64,000 nt of DNA from Nitrospirota bacterium. Its GTDB lineage: Bacteria > Nitrospirota > UBA9217. The DNA is taken from assembly GCA_963740085.1 (NCBI GenBank), contig CAVUCU010000001.1:480001-544000 (forward strand), written 5' to 3'. The translations under genes and the position numbers were made by a program. How positions within the stretch are numbered: the first letter of the stretch is position 1; each line of letters opens with the position of its first letter. The notes beneath the pieces are model-generated. The model was not told the origin of the DNA and ran no database searches. It saw nothing but the letters and a program-made list of their open reading frames with translations. Shown piece by piece: positions 60,876 to 64,000 of this stretch.

Positions 60876-60885
60876 ACCCTGCCCC

Positions 60886-62475
60886 TTAACCCTGGTTCCT
60901 GGACCCTTTTTTTCGCCTCATCATCCCCCATATGAAACTCAGCTCCTCGCTTCTCAAAATCCACATGACGATGACATAGAACAGCACGCTTACTGCCACG
61001 CTGCCGCCGAGCAGTTCGGCTTTATAGAGCGTGTTTCCCGTCGCGCCCCAGACCGGTTGCTTGCTGACCCACCAGCCGATCACGCCCATAACAACGGACG
61101 CGGGAACGATCTTGAGGAGAGAGAGTGCGATCCTTCTGCCGTCCATGCGGCCTATCTTTTTTCTGAGCAGCACGATGAGGATGCTGATATTGAGCGTAGC
61201 CGCGAGCGACGTCGCAAGTGCGAGGCCGCCGTGTTCCATCCTGGTCCAGGAGACGAATGCCGTGCTCAGCACGATGTTCGTGAGCACCGCCAGCACCGCG
61301 ATCTTAACCGGCGTTTTCGTGTCCTGAAGGGCATAGAATGCCTGTGAAACGATCCTGACGCCGGCAAAGGCCCAGAGTCCCACAGCGTAGTACAGGAGTG
61401 CGGCAGAAACGCCAAGCGTGGACACATGATCAAACTGGCCGTGCTCCAGAAGAAGGTTGACGATCGGCACCCGGAGCGTGATGAGGCCGGCCATGGCCGG
61501 AAACATGATGAAGAACACAAGCCTCAGCCCGAACGACAACGTCTCGCGGAACTCCGTGGTCTCGCCCCGCGCTGCCTGGGCCGACATGGTCGGGAGCACT
61601 GCCGTGGCAATGGCGACGCCGAAGATGCCGAGCGGGAAATGGATGAACCGCATGCCGTAGAACAGATAGGTGATGCTTCCCGTTGCGAGGAAGGACGCGA
61701 AGATAGTGCCGATAAAAATGTTGAGCTGGTTCGCAGACGAGCTGAAAAGCACCTGGGCGGCCAGCCGCGCGATCCTGAGTACGCCGGGATGGCTCGGGGA
61801 AAACTGGGGCTTCAGCATCATCCCCTGGCGTTTGAGCCCCGGCAACTGGATCAGGAACTGGCAGAGCCCGCCGAGAACAACACCGACAGCCACACCGAAG
61901 ATCGGCTCTGACATGAACCGCGTGCTCAGCACCACGGCGCTGATGACCATCACGTTCAGCATGACAGGTGATAGCGCGGGAGTAAGAAACGCCCGGAGAG
62001 AATTCAACATGCCCATGGCAAGCGCGGCAAGCCCGATGAACAAGAGATAGGGGAACATGATGCGCGTGAGCATCACCCCGAGGACATACTTGTCATGCTC
62101 CGCCCGATACGCCCAGCCCCAGGCAATGGCTTTTACCACGTAAGGAGCAAGTATGATTCCGAGCCCTGTCAGGATGATCAGGATCACCAGGAGACGGGCA
62201 AAAACCGCGTTCGCCAGGTGGCGGGCGCTTTCCCGGGATTCTTTGGTGAGCGTCTCGGTAAAGACCGGGATGAATGCCGCGGACATCGAACCTTCGGCCA
62301 AAAGCTCTCGCAGAAGGTTCGGAATGCGGTACGCCACGTAGAAGGCATCTGCCGCCAGGCCCGTGCCAAAGGCCCAGGACATGACCATGTCGCGAATATA
62401 CCCCATGACGCGGCTGGCAAGCGTGGCAGCGCCGACAACGCCGGCGGCCTTTGCGACCTTTACCTGCTCAGACAT
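60886..62475 (-). CDS. murJ: Lipid II flippase
   Basis: SRVMGYIRD, AYRIPNLLRELLAEG, FYALQDTKTP; many TM helices. Confidence 0.95.
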   Translation of the reverse strand: MSEQVKVAKAAGVVGAATLASRVMGYIRDMVMSWAFGTGLAADAFYVAYRIPNLLRELLAEGSMSAAFIPVFTETLTKESRESARHLANAVFARLLVILIILTGLGIILAPYVVKAIAWGWAYRAEHDKYVLGVMLTRIMFPYLLFIGLAALAMGMLNSLRAFLTPALSPVMLNVMVISAVVLSTRFMSEPIFGVAVGVVLGGLCQFLIQLPGLKRQGMMLKPQFSPSHPGVLRIARLAAQVLFSSSANQLNIFIGTIFASFLATGSITYLFYGMRFIHFPLGIFGVAIATAVLPTMSAQAARGETTEFRETLSFGLRLVFFIMFPAMAGLITLRVPIVNLLLEHGQFDHVSTLGVSAALLYYAVGLWAFAGVRIVSQAFYALQDTKTPVKIAVLAVLTNIVLSTAFVSWTRMEHGGLALATSLAATLNISILIVLLRKKIGRMDGRRIALSLLKIVPASVVMGVIGWWVSKQPVWGATGNTLYKAELLGGSVAVSVLFYVIVMWILRSEELSFIWGMMRRKKGSRNQG

Positions 62476-62619
62476 GCGGACTCACCTCGAAAGAAATACG
62501 GAAATAAGTGGTAACTTTATCAGAAAACAGCTGGTAAGAAAAGGATTTTTTTCTTGACACCAAACGTCCCTTTGTGTTACAAGATGGTTCTGGTTTTAAC
62601 CCTATTAAGGAGGCAAGAA

Positions 62620-62889
62620 GTGGCAATTCATAAATCAGTCATCAAAAGGCAGAGGCAAGCCGACAAGCAGCACCTCATCAACAACTCCGCAAAATCCCTT
62701 CTCAAGACCCTTTCAAAGAAGGTGGAGCAGGCCGTTGAGTCCAAGAACGCCGAAATAGCCAAGACAGCCATGGTAAATGCTATGAAAGCCTATGACAAGG
62801 CCGCATCAAAGGGAATCCTGCACAAGAACACTGCTTCCCGGAAGATCTCCCGTTTATCGAAAAAGGTGGGCAAGGTCACCGCCGCATAA
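62620..62889 (+). CDS. rpsT: 30S ribosomal protein S20
   Basis: HKSVIKR, KGILHKNTASRKISRL; GTG start with AAGGAGG RBS; TTGACA at 62554. Confidence 0.95.
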   Translation: MAIHKSVIKRQRQADKQHLINNSAKSLLKTLSKKVEQAVESKNAEIAKTAMVNAMKAYDKAASKGILHKNTASRKISRLSKKVGKVTAA

Positions 62890-62988
62890 GCACCACCGGC
62901 GAATCGATTCTGTCGGTGAATTGACAAGACGAGCGAAGAGGCTTTCCGGCAGTCTCGATTGATGTTCCCATTTCACCGATTCTCCCCT

Positions 62989-63999
62989 TCACCCCTTTAT
63001 TGACGAACCGCACAACCTCAGGATCATCCGCTCCAGGATCAGTCTGCCGTTCAAGCCGCTCGACTTGAGCGCCTTATCCGTTGAGAGCATAACAGCAAAG
63101 ACCTCGCGCAGTTCATCCAGGGTATAACATCGCATCTGTTCCTTGAACAGGCCTGCCTGATGAAAAATGATCCGGAGCTTTTTCGTAATATCATCCGGCC
63201 TCACGCCCGCCGCCTCCATGGTCTTTGCCTGCATGAGCCTGCGGAAGTTCCAGGCGATCGAGCCGAGCAGGCCAACCGGTGCCTCGCCCTCCTGGATCAG
63301 CCGCGAAAGGATAAGGAAGGCCTTTTCACTGTTCTTCTGCCCGATCGCGGCGGCAAGATCGAAGGAGGAGTACTCCCGGAAGTCCCCCACCACGGTCTTT
63401 ACGTCATCAAGGGTGAGGATCTTTTTTTCTTTTAATGAAATCCGGACCTTCTCAAGCTCGTTAATGATCTTCTGAAGATCGTTCCCGAGGGTTTGCCACA
63501 GGAATTGGGCCGCGTCGCGTCGTATGGATAGACCGCGCGTCCTCGCCCACTCCTCGATCCAGGCAACGATCTCACGGTCCAGCAGCGCATAGAACCGAGT
63601 CACCGCGCCGTGGGCCTCCACAGCGGAGGTGACGGCTTTTTTTTCAAACCGTGGCTGGTTCGAGAGCATGAGCAGGCAGGTGCTGGGTGAAGGGTCGTTG
63701 AGATAGGGGATAAGTTCCTCAAGATCTGCGGCCTTGAAGACATCGATCTCCTTCGCGATCACGAGCCGCTTTTCGGACAGGAAAGGGAGTGTCTGGCAAA
63801 GGTTCACCAACTCGGAGGAGGACGTGTCCTTGCAGTAAAGCGTATTGAAGTTAAAGTCCCTGGCCCCTGGATCAACAACCTTACTGATGATCAGGTCGAC
63901 CGCCTCCTGGATCAGGAATTCCTCTTCTCCGAAGAACAGGTAGAGTGGGAGGATCTTCCCTTGCTTGAGACCGGACATGAGGTCGTGATATTTGAGCAT
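62989..63999 (-). CDS. holA: DNA polymerase III delta subunit
   Basis: YLFFGEEEFL, TLPFLSEKRLV, GNDLQKIINELEK, DKALKSS; convergent with rpsT. Confidence 0.92.
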   Translation of the reverse strand: MLKYHDLMSGLKQGKILPLYLFFGEEEFLIQEAVDLIISKVVDPGARDFNFNTLYCKDTSSSELVNLCQTLPFLSEKRLVIAKEIDVFKAADLEELIPYLNDPSPSTCLLMLSNQPRFEKKAVTSAVEAHGAVTRFYALLDREIVAWIEEWARTRGLSIRRDAAQFLWQTLGNDLQKIINELEKVRISLKEKKILTLDDVKTVVGDFREYSSFDLAAAIGQKNSEKAFLILSRLIQEGEAPVGLLGSIAWNFRRLMQAKTMEAAGVRPDDITKKLRIIFHQAGLFKEQMRCYTLDELREVFAVMLSTDKALKSSGLNGRLILERMILRLCGSSIKG

Positions 64000-64000
64000 A

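Noticed and set aside
62890-62988. Possible tRNA or ncRNA between rpsT and holA
   Set aside because: No cloverleaf or T-loop motif, only a weak hairpin.

Overview
A chromosomal housekeeping region of a moderately GC-rich Gram-negative bacterium. The gene order ilvD-ilvBN-ilvC-psd-pssA-leuA, leuCD-leuB-asd-asd, the DUF507 pair, rpsT/holA and mlaEFD points to a Nitrospirota- or Desulfobacterota-like organism (inference). About 66 CDSs are supported. I saw no rRNA, tRNA, CRISPR array, integrase or transposase. The strongest hidden feature is the O6-methylguanine methyltransferase (ogt) gene, which the ORF track truncates at 60441. An in-frame TGA lies exactly at the catalytic Cys of the PCHRV motif, followed by a bacterial SECIS-like hairpin and an intact C-terminus, so this is probably a selenocysteine DNA-repair protein (PUHRV). 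Other notable features: (1) many gene junctions, and several coding sequences, carry inverted arrays of 7-, 8-, 9- or 10-bp tandem repeats, including two multi-copy MITE-like families; (2) a ykgJ-yaiI cassette is bracketed by a 64-bp direct repeat of the leuA terminator; (3) at least six genes look leaderless; (4) a decaheme NrfH/NapC-like cytochrome follows the asd pair; (5) an orphan protein with an Arg-rich RxxxR tail sits upstream of a diguanylate cyclase operon.
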